Virus record (IMG/VR): IMGVR_UViG_3300009619_000002
Location: 1-35,266 of that record
Strand: one strand, 5' to 3'
Origin: a virus
Lineage: Duplodnaviria > Caudoviricetes
Length of the DNA stretch: 35,266 nt
Part shown: one piece after another, positions 1-8,108 of the stretch
Layout: every line of letters begins with the position of its first letter
How positions within the stretch are numbered: position 1 is the stretch's first letter
Notes under the pieces: generated by a model
What the model was told of the DNA's origin: nothing
The model's database searches: none
Seen by the model: only the letters and a program-made list of their open reading frames with translations
Made by a program: the position numbers and the translations under genes

Positions 1-77
1 ATGTAGCTGCCGGGCGTGGCGCGGATCAGGTCGGTGAAGGAATGGGCCGCGGGGTTGATGGCGGTGATGGCGCTCAT
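1..77 (-). CDS. 5' end of an early-operon gene running off the window (MSAITAINPAAHSF...)
   Basis: ATG at 77 preceded by GGAG SD; co-oriented with cro/CII. Confidence 0.5.
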   Translation of the reverse strand, partial: MSAITAINPAAHSFTDLIRATPGSY

Positions 78-226
78 TGGGTCGTACTCCGATGAAGGCA
101 AAAGGGAGGCGCTTCCGGAAGCGGGCCGGATGCGCAGCGGTTCGGGAAATGGCGGCGGGCGACCGGGGGGCATTGGCGCCCGCCGCCGGGAGAGGCCGCG
201 CACGGGCTTGCGCGGCCGGGGGAAGG

Positions 227-706
227 TTAAGGCCCTAGCGCCTCGGGCGGCGCGTTTGCGTCGTCGAGGAGGAGAGGGAGGGTCTGCTTGAGTTTCTCGT
301 AAGCCTCGGTGCATTCGCGCAGCGCCTCGGCGCGGTCGCGCGGTGAGGCCCCGGGCTGGGCTGCAACGACAAGCGCACTGCCTGCTTCCCCGCATTCGCG
401 GATGACATCGGCGGCCTGGCGGCCGAGCGCAACGCGATTGCAATGCCTGGCAAGCTCGAGTTGTTCACGCTGATGAGCGAAGGCTTCGAGAAAGGGTGAG
501 CCGACGCCGCCTTGCTCGGCGAAGAAGAGATCGAAATCGAGCGCGACGTCGACCGGGATCTGCTCGGGCGTATCGGGATCGCCCCAATTGCGCACGGTGC
601 GTTCCTTGCGGCCACAGCGCAGGGCAAGCGCGGGCTTGCCGCCGACGGCGCCCGAGACGCGGTCAAGCGCATCCTCGAAAGACAGGGGGGCGCGAAGCTT
701 GGTCAT
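227..706 (-). CDS. Phage regulatory CII-family (186 CII/CP76-like) protein
   Basis: N-terminal HTH (ERTVRNWGDPD), C-terminal helical RECGEA/RECTEA repeats, position downstream of cro. Confidence 0.65.
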   Translation of the reverse strand: MTKLRAPLSFEDALDRVSGAVGGKPALALRCGRKERTVRNWGDPDTPEQIPVDVALDFDLFFAEQGGVGSPFLEAFAHQREQLELARHCNRVALGRQAADVIRECGEAGSALVVAAQPGASPRDRAEALRECTEAYEKLKQTLPLLLDDANAPPEALGP

Positions 707-894
707 GACTGGCGACGTGCTCCTTGCGGCGCTGGAGTACGTTCGCCCACGTCATCGAAGGGGAAGGGGCCGGGAAAGCCTGTATCGATAAGGGCGCGCG
801 GGCGACGCACGACGGGTTGCAAAGCGTCATCCGTCGGCAAGTGACGTGCGGCGTGCCGCTCGGCATGATCGCAGGCGATGATCGAGCCAATCAC
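703..894 (-). CDS. Small hypothetical early protein (63 aa)
   Basis: ATGA overlaps with both cro and the CII-like gene. Confidence 0.5.
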   Translation of the reverse strand: MIGSIIACDHAERHAARHLPTDDALQPVVRRPRALIDTGFPGPFPFDDVGERTPAPQGARRQS

Positions 895-1157
895 GATGCA
901 GCGTCCACAAGGTTGGCGTCAGCCAAAAGCGATGAGCCATGCTCGCGCGGGTAGAGGTCGGGTCGGAGGTCGTGGCGTGAGACGCCGGTGGCGGCCTCAA
1001 TCTTCAGGACGAATTCGGCGGAGGCCCGCTGGGCCTTGTGGAGCATTTTCCAGACTGCCGTGGTTGAAACCCCGACCGAAGCTGCGAGCGATGCTTGCGA
1101 GCCTGCTGAATCGATGGCTTTTTCCAAAGCGACTAGAGGTGAGGGCGAATCAACCAT
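891..1157 (-). CDS. cro: Cro-like (YdaS-type) HTH regulator
   Basis: GSQASLAASVGVSTTAVWKM HTH and C-terminal SRHDLRPDLY motif; divergent from CI. Confidence 0.85.
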   Translation of the reverse strand: MVDSPSPLVALEKAIDSAGSQASLAASVGVSTTAVWKMLHKAQRASAEFVLKIEAATGVSRHDLRPDLYPREHGSSLLADANLVDAAS

Positions 1158-1230
1158 GGGTCATACATAAACCATGGTTGCAGGTGGTCAACACTAAAGT
1201 TGCAGTGACCCTCTACAACTAAGGTTGTAG
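1151..1230. promoter_or_regulatory. CI/Cro operator array (AAC-N4-GTTG(C/T)AG-type palindromes)
   Basis: CTACAACTAAGGTTGTAG 1213-1230, ACACTAAAGTTGCAG 1191-1205, AAACCATGGTTGCAG 1169-1183, CAACCATGGGTC 1151-1162 in the divergent intergenic region. Confidence 0.75.
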
Positions 1231-1233
1231 GCA

Positions 1234-1902
1234 GTGGTTATGGGGATCGACACACGGGTCGGAAAGTTGCTCGAAGAACGGGGCATGTCACAGGCAGAGC
1301 TCGCGCGTCTCGTTGGGATTTCCACTCAAGCAATTTGGAAGCTGGTTAACGGTCGCTCCCGCTCTTCAACCCACCTGCACAAGATCGCTCGCGTTCTTGG
1401 AACCACCCCCGAGTACTTGTCAGGAGAGACTGACGACCCAAGCGGTAGCGCCAACCCCCTTATCCCTCACGTCCAATTGGATGAAGACGAAGTCGAGATC
1501 GACAGCATCGATCTTGCCTACGGCATGGGCGGGACGTTTCTGGACACCGAAGATATCGAAGTCGAGAAGGCAAAATTCAGCCGCGCCTGGCTACGCCAAT
1601 TTTCGCATTCACCGCCCGAGATGCTGTTCAGCACCCAGGGTGCGGGCGATTCGATGATGCCGACGATCCATGATCGCGATGTCGTGATCGTCGATCGGTC
1701 CCAACGCGCACTGGCCGACAACATGGGAGACAAGGTCTGGGCGATCGTGTTTGGCGGCGTGGGAATGTTCAAGCGGCTCAGGCCCATGCCCGACGGTACG
1801 GTGAAGATCATGTCGGACAACCAGCTCATCCCACATGAGACCGCCAGCGATGGTGAACTGTTCCTCGTAGGACGCGTGGTCGCGAAGGTCAGCCGGTTGT
1901 GA
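1234..1902 (+). CDS. cI: CI-like repressor, HTH-XRE plus S24 peptidase (start may be ATG 1240)
   Basis: MSQAELARLVGISTQAIWKL HTH; GDSM catalytic Ser and FKRL catalytic Lys. Confidence 0.92.
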   Translation: MVMGIDTRVGKLLEERGMSQAELARLVGISTQAIWKLVNGRSRSSTHLHKIARVLGTTPEYLSGETDDPSGSANPLIPHVQLDEDEVEIDSIDLAYGMGGTFLDTEDIEVEKAKFSRAWLRQFSHSPPEMLFSTQGAGDSMMPTIHDRDVVIVDRSQRALADNMGDKVWAIVFGGVGMFKRLRPMPDGTVKIMSDNQLIPHETASDGELFLVGRVVAKVSRL

Positions 1903-2318
1903 CCAAGGTCGACTACACGACCCTCCCTGCCATGTCGCTTGCCGTCGTGGGCGCAGCGCATCTCAATCGAGACCGGTCCAACCGCAAATTCGAGATCCTG
2001 CTTTGCGAGCCGGGCGAACCGGTGGATCTGCAACCCGAGCCGAAGAACCGCCACGACGAGCGAGCGGTAGCCGTCTATTCTTCGAGAGGTGTGCAGATCG
2101 GATATCTTACCGCCGAGCGCTGCGGCCGGATCGGGCAGCTGATCCGGCAGGGGCGCGAGATACGCGCGGTATTTCAAAGCAAGGCGACCTTCGGTGCCTG
2201 GGTGCGTGTCGCGTTCGATGGCGAAGAACCGCAGGTCGATACCGAAGGACAGCATGAACCGGTTGATGAGCGGGGACAGGAGCAAGACTTCTGGCCGGAC
2301 CCGGTTTGGCCGGATTGA
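1899..2318 (+). CDS. Stand-alone HIRAN domain protein
   Basis: VVG...L-x-PEPKN-x-HD-x-AVAV...QIGYL signature; GTGA-coupled to cI. Confidence 0.85.
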   Translation: MTKVDYTTLPAMSLAVVGAAHLNRDRSNRKFEILLCEPGEPVDLQPEPKNRHDERAVAVYSSRGVQIGYLTAERCGRIGQLIRQGREIRAVFQSKATFGAWVRVAFDGEEPQVDTEGQHEPVDERGQEQDFWPDPVWPD

Positions 2319-2341
2319 AATTAAGATGGGGGCGAGGGCGC

Positions 2342-3028
2342 ATGAACAAAAAAAGAGACCACTGGAGCGATCAACCATGCCCGGAGTGCAAGAAGGCGAT
2401 AGCTGCAAATGCAAGAAAATGCCCGTATTGTCAGCACGAGTTTTCGGAAGCCGAGCTGGCGGAGCGAAAAAACACCAAGTATGGTGCTATCGGGTGCGCG
2501 ATTATTCTGATCCTCGGCCTAGTTGCCAGCATCGCCATGTGCTCGGGAGACGACACCGATCCGATCACAGCGGCGACCGAGCCAGCCAGCGCTGAGATCT
2601 CAGAGGCCGTGTCGGCGTTTGAAGCCGACCTCGCGAATGCGATGGGCAGTTGCGATGTGCGCGCGGCCAGATTGGGTGAAGGAGTGACCGACGGCTCGAT
2701 CGACGAATACGAAGGATATCAGCTGGCGACGGAAACGTACAATGTATGCATGAACGTGCAACAGGAGCTGAGAAGCCAGGCAATCCCGGGCAATTTCGAG
2801 GGCGATGTCGAGCGCGCTGCGGAACAGGCAAGGTCCGAATGCGCCTCTGCGATGACGGCGAAGGCTATGATGGCCGAGACCATAGGCGAAATCATGGACG
2901 GGGACACCAGCCCATCAAAGATGACAGAGCTTTCAGAAGACGGTGATTATGTGCAGCACAGCATGAGCCAGTGCTCAACAGCAATGATCCAGATAAGCAT
3001 GGCTGCAGGTGTTGGACTGAAGCCATGA
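2342..3028 (+). CDS. Zinc-ribbon, single-TM protein with Cys-rich helical periplasmic domain
   Basis: CPEC...CPYC, hydrophobic AIILILGLVASIAM, spaced Cys in C-terminal part. Confidence 0.7.
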   Translation: MNKKRDHWSDQPCPECKKAIAANARKCPYCQHEFSEAELAERKNTKYGAIGCAIILILGLVASIAMCSGDDTDPITAATEPASAEISEAVSAFEADLANAMGSCDVRAARLGEGVTDGSIDEYEGYQLATETYNVCMNVQQELRSQAIPGNFEGDVERAAEQARSECASAMTAKAMMAETIGEIMDGDTSPSKMTELSEDGDYVQHSMSQCSTAMIQISMAAGVGLKP

Positions 3029-3201
3029 TCGACGACAAAAACCGGCGTTCGATCGCGCGGCTGCACTTCAACAGCGATACGGCGCGATATCTGGGCCTCT
3101 TCACCGGAAAGGACGAAGAGCGCGTGCCGGTGAGCGGCCCGGTCGATATTTATCAGCACCGCGACAGGATCCTCGCGCGGATCGAGGAGCTCGAGGCATG
3201 A
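3025..3201 (+). pseudogene. 58-aa ORF resembling the C-terminal tail of prophage HsdR-N/restriction-endonuclease-like proteins (probable remnant)
   Basis: DDKNRRSIARLHFN...YLGLF...DIY pattern recalled from that family; ATGA overlaps on both sides. Confidence 0.45.
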
Positions 3202-3647
3202 GCGACGAACGGCTGAACAGGATCAAGCGATTGATGGCGGCCAAGCGTGAACGACAAGCGCAGGCGGCGTCCGAGGCTGCGGCGGCCAGCGCCACCAGGC
3301 AGTATGCCGCGGCCAATGCGGCGGCGGCATGGTCCGGCACGCAATCGATGATGCAAAAGGTGCTGGACGATATCAATCTCGAGCTGGACGAGGATGATCC
3401 CAAGCTGGTTCTGGAATTCGTGTTGCCGCAATCGGACAATCGCCTGGGCGAAGGGTACGTTGGCCTTCGCCGGATCGACGGGCTGACCGATCTGTCCTTC
3501 ACTGCCTGGAGCAGCGACGGAACGATCAGCATACGCCTGCCGGACGACCGCCGATCGAGGGAGCACAAGCTTCCGCTGCTCGAGCTGGATAAGGACCAGT
3601 GGCGCGAGCTGCTTTACGAGTACATGGAAGCGCGGTTGGGGATTTGA
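3198..3647 (+). CDS. Hypothetical protein (149 aa)
   Basis: Coupled ORF with GAGG SD and coding-like composition. Confidence 0.7.
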   Translation: MSDERLNRIKRLMAAKRERQAQAASEAAAASATRQYAAANAAAAWSGTQSMMQKVLDDINLELDEDDPKLVLEFVLPQSDNRLGEGYVGLRRIDGLTDLSFTAWSSDGTISIRLPDDRRSREHKLPLLELDKDQWRELLYEYMEARLGI

Positions 3648-3709
3648 AGTTGGTGCGCTACCGACACCAATAGCAGCGGAAATGAACCTTGAGATGAGTT
3701 GGGGGCCGA

Positions 3710-5038
3710 ATGTCCAGCGAAGTAATTCCGATTCCTGTCGACCGAATTCACCTTTTCGATCGCAACCCGCGCCATGGCTACATTGCCGACCCGGACAAAA
3801 TCATTGAGAGGCTGCTGGACGAAGAACAAGTCTATGAGCTGGCCAAGAGCATCGCAGAGAGAGGCGAACTCAATCCCTTACAGCTTATCGGCGTAATCCG
3901 TATCGACGACGAAGCGGATGAGGGCGAGCCGACCTATGTGGTCTATGAGGGCAACCGAAGAGCTTGCGCGGTGATGTTGCTCAACGATCCGGATCTCGCA
4001 CCCGCCAAATGGCACAAACGGTTCATTAAACTGGCTGAAAGCGTAGACGAAATTGAAACGATCGATGGCCGCGTTTTTGAAGACCAAAAGGTCCTTAATT
4101 TCTGGATGGCGAACATACATAATCGCAATCAGAAGGGGCGGGGCCGGAAAGAATGGGGCCCCGACGAACAGCACCGGTTCAACCCGACTAAGAAATACGC
4201 GATCGCGTTCGATCTGCTCGAGAGGGCTGAAGCCATCGGTCTGATTACGGCTTCCGACCGTCAAGGTAGGGTGACCACTTTACAACGGTTCGTCGGCACG
4301 GATGCGATTAAAGCTATCCTCAAAGCCGACGACTCCAACCCACAACCGGGCAAAGTCAAATTCAGGCGGAGCAAAGCTGATTTTGAGAAACTTCTAAGGC
4401 TGCTGATTACGGATTTACTCGGTGAGAAGCGGATAACCTCGCGTAAGAACGAAACAGAGATCCTCGAATACGCTAGCACGCTTGAAGAAAGGGCTGGAGT
4501 GGCAGCGTCGGAACACGCCGATCCCGAAGAGGAAGACCCCGAAAAGGAAAAAGATACGGAAAGCAGCGGAGGAGATCACACTGGCGAGAGCAAGGATAAC
4601 CTTGACGGGAAATCGTCGCCAACGCCAAACCAACCCTTCAGAATCAAGCAAGATAAGGCCCTGACTTCCGCCATTAATAGCAGCGGCAATGACAAGCTCA
4701 TTAACCTCTACCATTCTTTGCGCATTGTGAGCGCAAGGAAGCACCCGCAGCTAGTTGCCGTAGGATGCTGGTCTCTCATCGAGACGATCGCCGCCGTCTG
4801 CGGGGCGAAGGAGGGCCAGTCATTCACCGCGTTTTTTAGCAAGGGCGTGCTACAAAATCAGTTGGGTTTGACCAAAACTCAAAGCGGCCCAATCACAAAT
4901 GCAATGGCGAGCATCTCGCAAGCTGGCAACACTACGAAACACGATGCCATCAGCGCGACGTTCGATGAGATGCAGCTCATCAATGATATGGAACGAGTGT
5001 CCCCGATGCTCGCAAAGGCGCTAACTACGCTACCCTAG
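3710..5038 (+). CDS. ParB/Srx-like N-terminal domain protein with acidic linker and helical (possibly HEPN-like) C-terminal domain
   Basis: NPRH, LAKSIAERG and YVVYEGNRR ParB-like motifs; lower GC than the phage backbone. Confidence 0.7.
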   Translation: MSSEVIPIPVDRIHLFDRNPRHGYIADPDKIIERLLDEEQVYELAKSIAERGELNPLQLIGVIRIDDEADEGEPTYVVYEGNRRACAVMLLNDPDLAPAKWHKRFIKLAESVDEIETIDGRVFEDQKVLNFWMANIHNRNQKGRGRKEWGPDEQHRFNPTKKYAIAFDLLERAEAIGLITASDRQGRVTTLQRFVGTDAIKAILKADDSNPQPGKVKFRRSKADFEKLLRLLITDLLGEKRITSRKNETEILEYASTLEERAGVAASEHADPEEEDPEKEKDTESSGGDHTGESKDNLDGKSSPTPNQPFRIKQDKALTSAINSSGNDKLINLYHSLRIVSARKHPQLVAVGCWSLIETIAAVCGAKEGQSFTAFFSKGVLQNQLGLTKTQSGPITNAMASISQAGNTTKHDAISATFDEMQLINDMERVSPMLAKALTTLP

Positions 5039-5108
5039 ATTTTGCTGGCCGACTGGAAAGAGTTTGTCTACGGAAGGCCCGTATTCCGGCCTTCCAAAAG
5101 GTTATTGC

Positions 5109-5993
5109 ATGGCTCGCGCGCACTCACCGCTTCGCTATCCCGGCGGAAAATCTTCGCTCTATGAGCTCGCTAGCAGCTTACTCCGTCTAAATGGGCTCCA
5201 ACGAGGTCACTACGCCGAACCGTACGCTGGCGGAGCGAGCTTGGCCCTGTCCCTTCTTTTCAATGGGCAGGTGAGCGATATCCATCTTAACGATGTCGAT
5301 CGCGGGATATGGTCATTCTGGAAGAGTGTTCTCGAAGAAACCGACGCACTTTGTGAACTCATTGAAAATACCGAAATATCGGTTGAAGAATGGCATAGAC
5401 AGAAGGCCATTTACCGTTCGGTCGGGCCCGTGGAGACACTTTCTCTGGGTTTTGCCACGTTCTTTCTCAATCGGACGAACAGATCGGGTATCATCGGCAC
5501 TGGCGGAATTATAGGCGGGCTGAAGCAAACCGGAAATTATAAGATAGACTGTAGGTTTAATAAGTCGGAGCTCATCCGACGTATCCGACGCATCCGAAAA
5601 TATCGTTCCAGGATTCATCTCTCCCAAGAAGACGCGCTGGTTTTCCTGTCGAACATGGATCGTAGCTTGCCGCGCAAGAGCTTTATCGCTCTCGATCCAC
5701 CATATTACCAGAAGGGTGCTAGTCTCTACACTAGCTTTTATGGCGCGGACGATCACGCCGAGGTCGCGAGAGCTATTTTATCGATCGATAGACCCTGGGT
5801 TCTAACGTATGACGATGCTCAGGAAGTCCGGCAACTTTACCGGTGCCGCCGACAATACCTGTTCGATATCCGCTACTCGGTACAGACGAAGCGCACGGGG
5901 ACAGAGTTATTGATTGCATCGAAGGGTTTGAAAGTACCCGAAGAGATCAAAGGGAATCAGGTTCACCGCCCTCAATATAGAAAAGCAGCCTGA
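5109..5993 (+). CDS. Dam/D12-class DNA adenine methyltransferase
   Basis: SPLRYPGGKS, EPYAGGA (SAM-binding) and DPPYY (catalytic) motifs. Confidence 0.92.
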   Translation: MARAHSPLRYPGGKSSLYELASSLLRLNGLQRGHYAEPYAGGASLALSLLFNGQVSDIHLNDVDRGIWSFWKSVLEETDALCELIENTEISVEEWHRQKAIYRSVGPVETLSLGFATFFLNRTNRSGIIGTGGIIGGLKQTGNYKIDCRFNKSELIRRIRRIRKYRSRIHLSQEDALVFLSNMDRSLPRKSFIALDPPYYQKGASLYTSFYGADDHAEVARAILSIDRPWVLTYDDAQEVRQLYRCRRQYLFDIRYSVQTKRTGTELLIASKGLKVPEEIKGNQVHRPQYRKAA

Positions 5994-6041
5994 CCCGATT
6001 TTGTGTCGAGCCTTCAGTCCAACCTTTCTGGCTCCATCTTG

Positions 6042-6359
6042 TTAACTGTTTGCTGGTGGCAAGATGTCTTCCGGCGCCCGAGACGCGGTCACCTGATCGT
6101 TATCGTTGCCTGCGCTTCGCCGCGGAGGCGCAACCGGTAAATCTACTGAGTGATCTGGGCAGGCGCTTTGGGAAATCGTGTGCGTGATCGAAAGCGCGCT
6201 GGCGAAGGTGTGGCCGCAATCGAGGTTGCTGCACTGGTGATAGAGTTCGCGATAGAGCCGCGTTACCTGGCGGCTTGTGCGTACGGGTGCTGACTGTCCG
6301 CAGTGGGGGCAGTCGATGCTCGCGCTGGATTTGCGCGGAGCCTTGGTCTTCGGATGCAT
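6042..6359 (-). CDS. ogr: Ogr/Delta-family late transcription activator
   Basis: C-x2-C-x22-C-x4-C zinc finger (CPHC...CSNLDCGHTF); follows gpD as in P2. Confidence 0.92.
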   Translation of the reverse strand: MHPKTKAPRKSSASIDCPHCGQSAPVRTSRQVTRLYRELYHQCSNLDCGHTFASALSITHTISQSACPDHSVDLPVAPPRRSAGNDNDQVTASRAPEDILPPANS

Positions 6360-6479
6360 CGGTGTTCGACCCTGTTCCATAGACGCCGCGCCTTCCCCGC
6401 GCGCCGCGCCTGTCACCTCCCGAGAGCCATGTTCCGCAAATGTTTTCACATGGCAATGCCCAAATATTAGGCAGAACAG

Positions 6480-7535
6480 CTACTTCGCTTCGAGGGTGAG
6501 TTCGGACACGAGGCCACCGGACCCGCTGAGCGTGTGCCGGCATTCGCCGATCAGCCAATCCTGCGCATCGATTTCCGGCTTGAAGCCTGCGAGCGTCAGC
6601 GGCTTTTCGGGAAAGAGTTCGGGACGGCCGAGCGCCAGATTGATGGAGAACTCTGCCTTGGCGCGGTCCATTTTCCTGCTCGCGCTGCGGGCGGCGCGGC
6701 GGGCGGTTTCCTCGCTGCCGTAGGTCCGCTTGAGACGCTTGGGCGGTTTGTCGCCGCCGGCGCCGATCTCGACAGTCGAGCGCTGGCCTTTCGCGCGGTC
6801 GTGCCACCTTGCCTCCACCCCGCCGAACTGGCCGCGTTCGCCGCGGCGATAGCGGAAGCTGTCGCCATCGCGGCGAGTGATTGTGCTGGAGCCCAGCGAT
6901 CGGCCGGAAGCGGAGCGGGCTTCGCCAATCGGCATGAATATCAGCTTGCCATCCTTGACCGTAGCCGCGGCATCGAAGCGGCGGCCGAGGATCCGCAGGA
7001 GCGCCGCGTCGGACAGCTCGTCCTGGTCGATGACAGGCAGGTGTTCAGCCGCGAGGTCCGGATCCACGATCGCGGTGAGCGATTGCGCGGATGCGATCTC
7101 GCGGATGATCTCGCCCAGCTTGCGGGCGACATGAGGCTTTTCGCAGCGGCGATCGAAGCTGGCAGCGAAGTCGGCCGAGCGAGCGCGAATGGTGATGCGA
7201 TCGGGCGCACCTTCCCATTCGGCCTCATCGACCTTGAAGCGGCCCTTGTCGACCAGGCCGGGTTCGACATCGGCGCCCCAGGCCCAGCCCAGCTGCAGCG
7301 AGAGGACCTGGCCGGCCTGCGGGATCTCGAGCTGGCCGTCGCTGTCATCGAGGACGATGTCGAGACGATCGGCTTCTCCATCGCGCTTTTCGGTCAAGGT
7401 GAGCGAAACGAGGCGCGGAGAGAATTTCGCCATCAGCGCCGCGGCGAATTCGGGTAGGGCAGGGGTTCCCCCTGGGCCGAGCGACTTGCCCTCGAGCGTG
7501 AGGCGATAGTCGGCGCGGTTCTGCCGATCAGCCAT
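6480..7535 (-). CDS. D: P2 gpD-like late control/baseplate hub protein
   Basis: EADRLDIVLDDSDG, LVDKGRFKVDE motifs; synteny. Confidence 0.9.
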   Translation of the reverse strand: MADRQNRADYRLTLEGKSLGPGGTPALPEFAAALMAKFSPRLVSLTLTEKRDGEADRLDIVLDDSDGQLEIPQAGQVLSLQLGWAWGADVEPGLVDKGRFKVDEAEWEGAPDRITIRARSADFAASFDRRCEKPHVARKLGEIIREIASAQSLTAIVDPDLAAEHLPVIDQDELSDAALLRILGRRFDAAATVKDGKLIFMPIGEARSASGRSLGSSTITRRDGDSFRYRRGERGQFGGVEARWHDRAKGQRSTVEIGAGGDKPPKRLKRTYGSEETARRAARSASRKMDRAKAEFSINLALGRPELFPEKPLTLAGFKPEIDAQDWLIGECRHTLSGSGGLVSELTLEAK

Positions 7536-7728
7536 CGCAGTCGGCCATGTGGATCGCCGTCTTGTCGCGCAGCTTACTCAGGCTGGAGGCGTTGAAGCTG
7601 GCACCGCAGCGGCAGGTCGCGGAACAATCGAGATGCGCACGCGCGGGGCCGCCGGTATCGCGGCCGACGGGCTGGCGCTGCGCGCCGGTATCGCGGCCAT
7701 GAAAGCGGGCGGGTGTTCGATCGGTCAT
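7528..7728 (-). CDS. Small Cys/His-containing hypothetical protein (66 aa)
   Basis: ATGA overlap with U; stop overlaps start of D. Confidence 0.5.
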   Translation of the reverse strand: MTDRTPARFHGRDTGAQRQPVGRDTGGPARAHLDCSATCRCGASFNASSLSKLRDKTAIHMADCDG

Positions 7729-8108
7729 GAAACGCTCCGCAGTTCGAGGGAGAAGTCGGCTTTGCGGGCTTCGCCGGTGTCGATGAAGTGGGTGCGCGTT
7801 TCGTCGAGCGAGAGGATGGCAAAATCACCATAGACGTAGCCCTGCGCGTCGACGAGCGGATGCGCTTCGCCTTCACTGGCCATTTCGCGCAGCGTGCGCA
7901 GGGCCGAATGGCGTCCGGCAATGCCAGGCGCGATGATACCCGATAGGGTGACTGTGTCGTTGCCCGGGCCGAGATACTGGCCGGCCGGGGCCGCACCGAC
8001 GCGTTCGGTTTCGCCGTGCCGCCATTCGCTGCGGCGGGCGAGTTGCTGGAAGGGGGCGCTGCCGGTTTCAAAGGCGAAGAGACCGAGGGACATGAGCATT
8101 AGGATCAA
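7725..8108 (-). CDS. U: P2 gpU-like tail protein
   Basis: LMSLGLFAF, QYLGPG, ARKADFSLEL motifs. Confidence 0.9.
   Translation of the reverse strand: MILMLMSLGLFAFETGSAPFQQLARRSEWRHGETERVGAAPAGQYLGPGNDTVTLSGIIAPGIAGRHSALRTLREMASEGEAHPLVDAQGYVYGDFAILSLDETRTHFIDTGEARKADFSLELRSVS

Noticed and set aside
5109-5993. Classical type II R-M system or orphan phage Dam
   Set aside because: The partner gene lacks recognisable PD-(D/E)xK or HNH motifs, yet is tightly linked and shares the atypical composition; kept as a candidate non-canonical system instead
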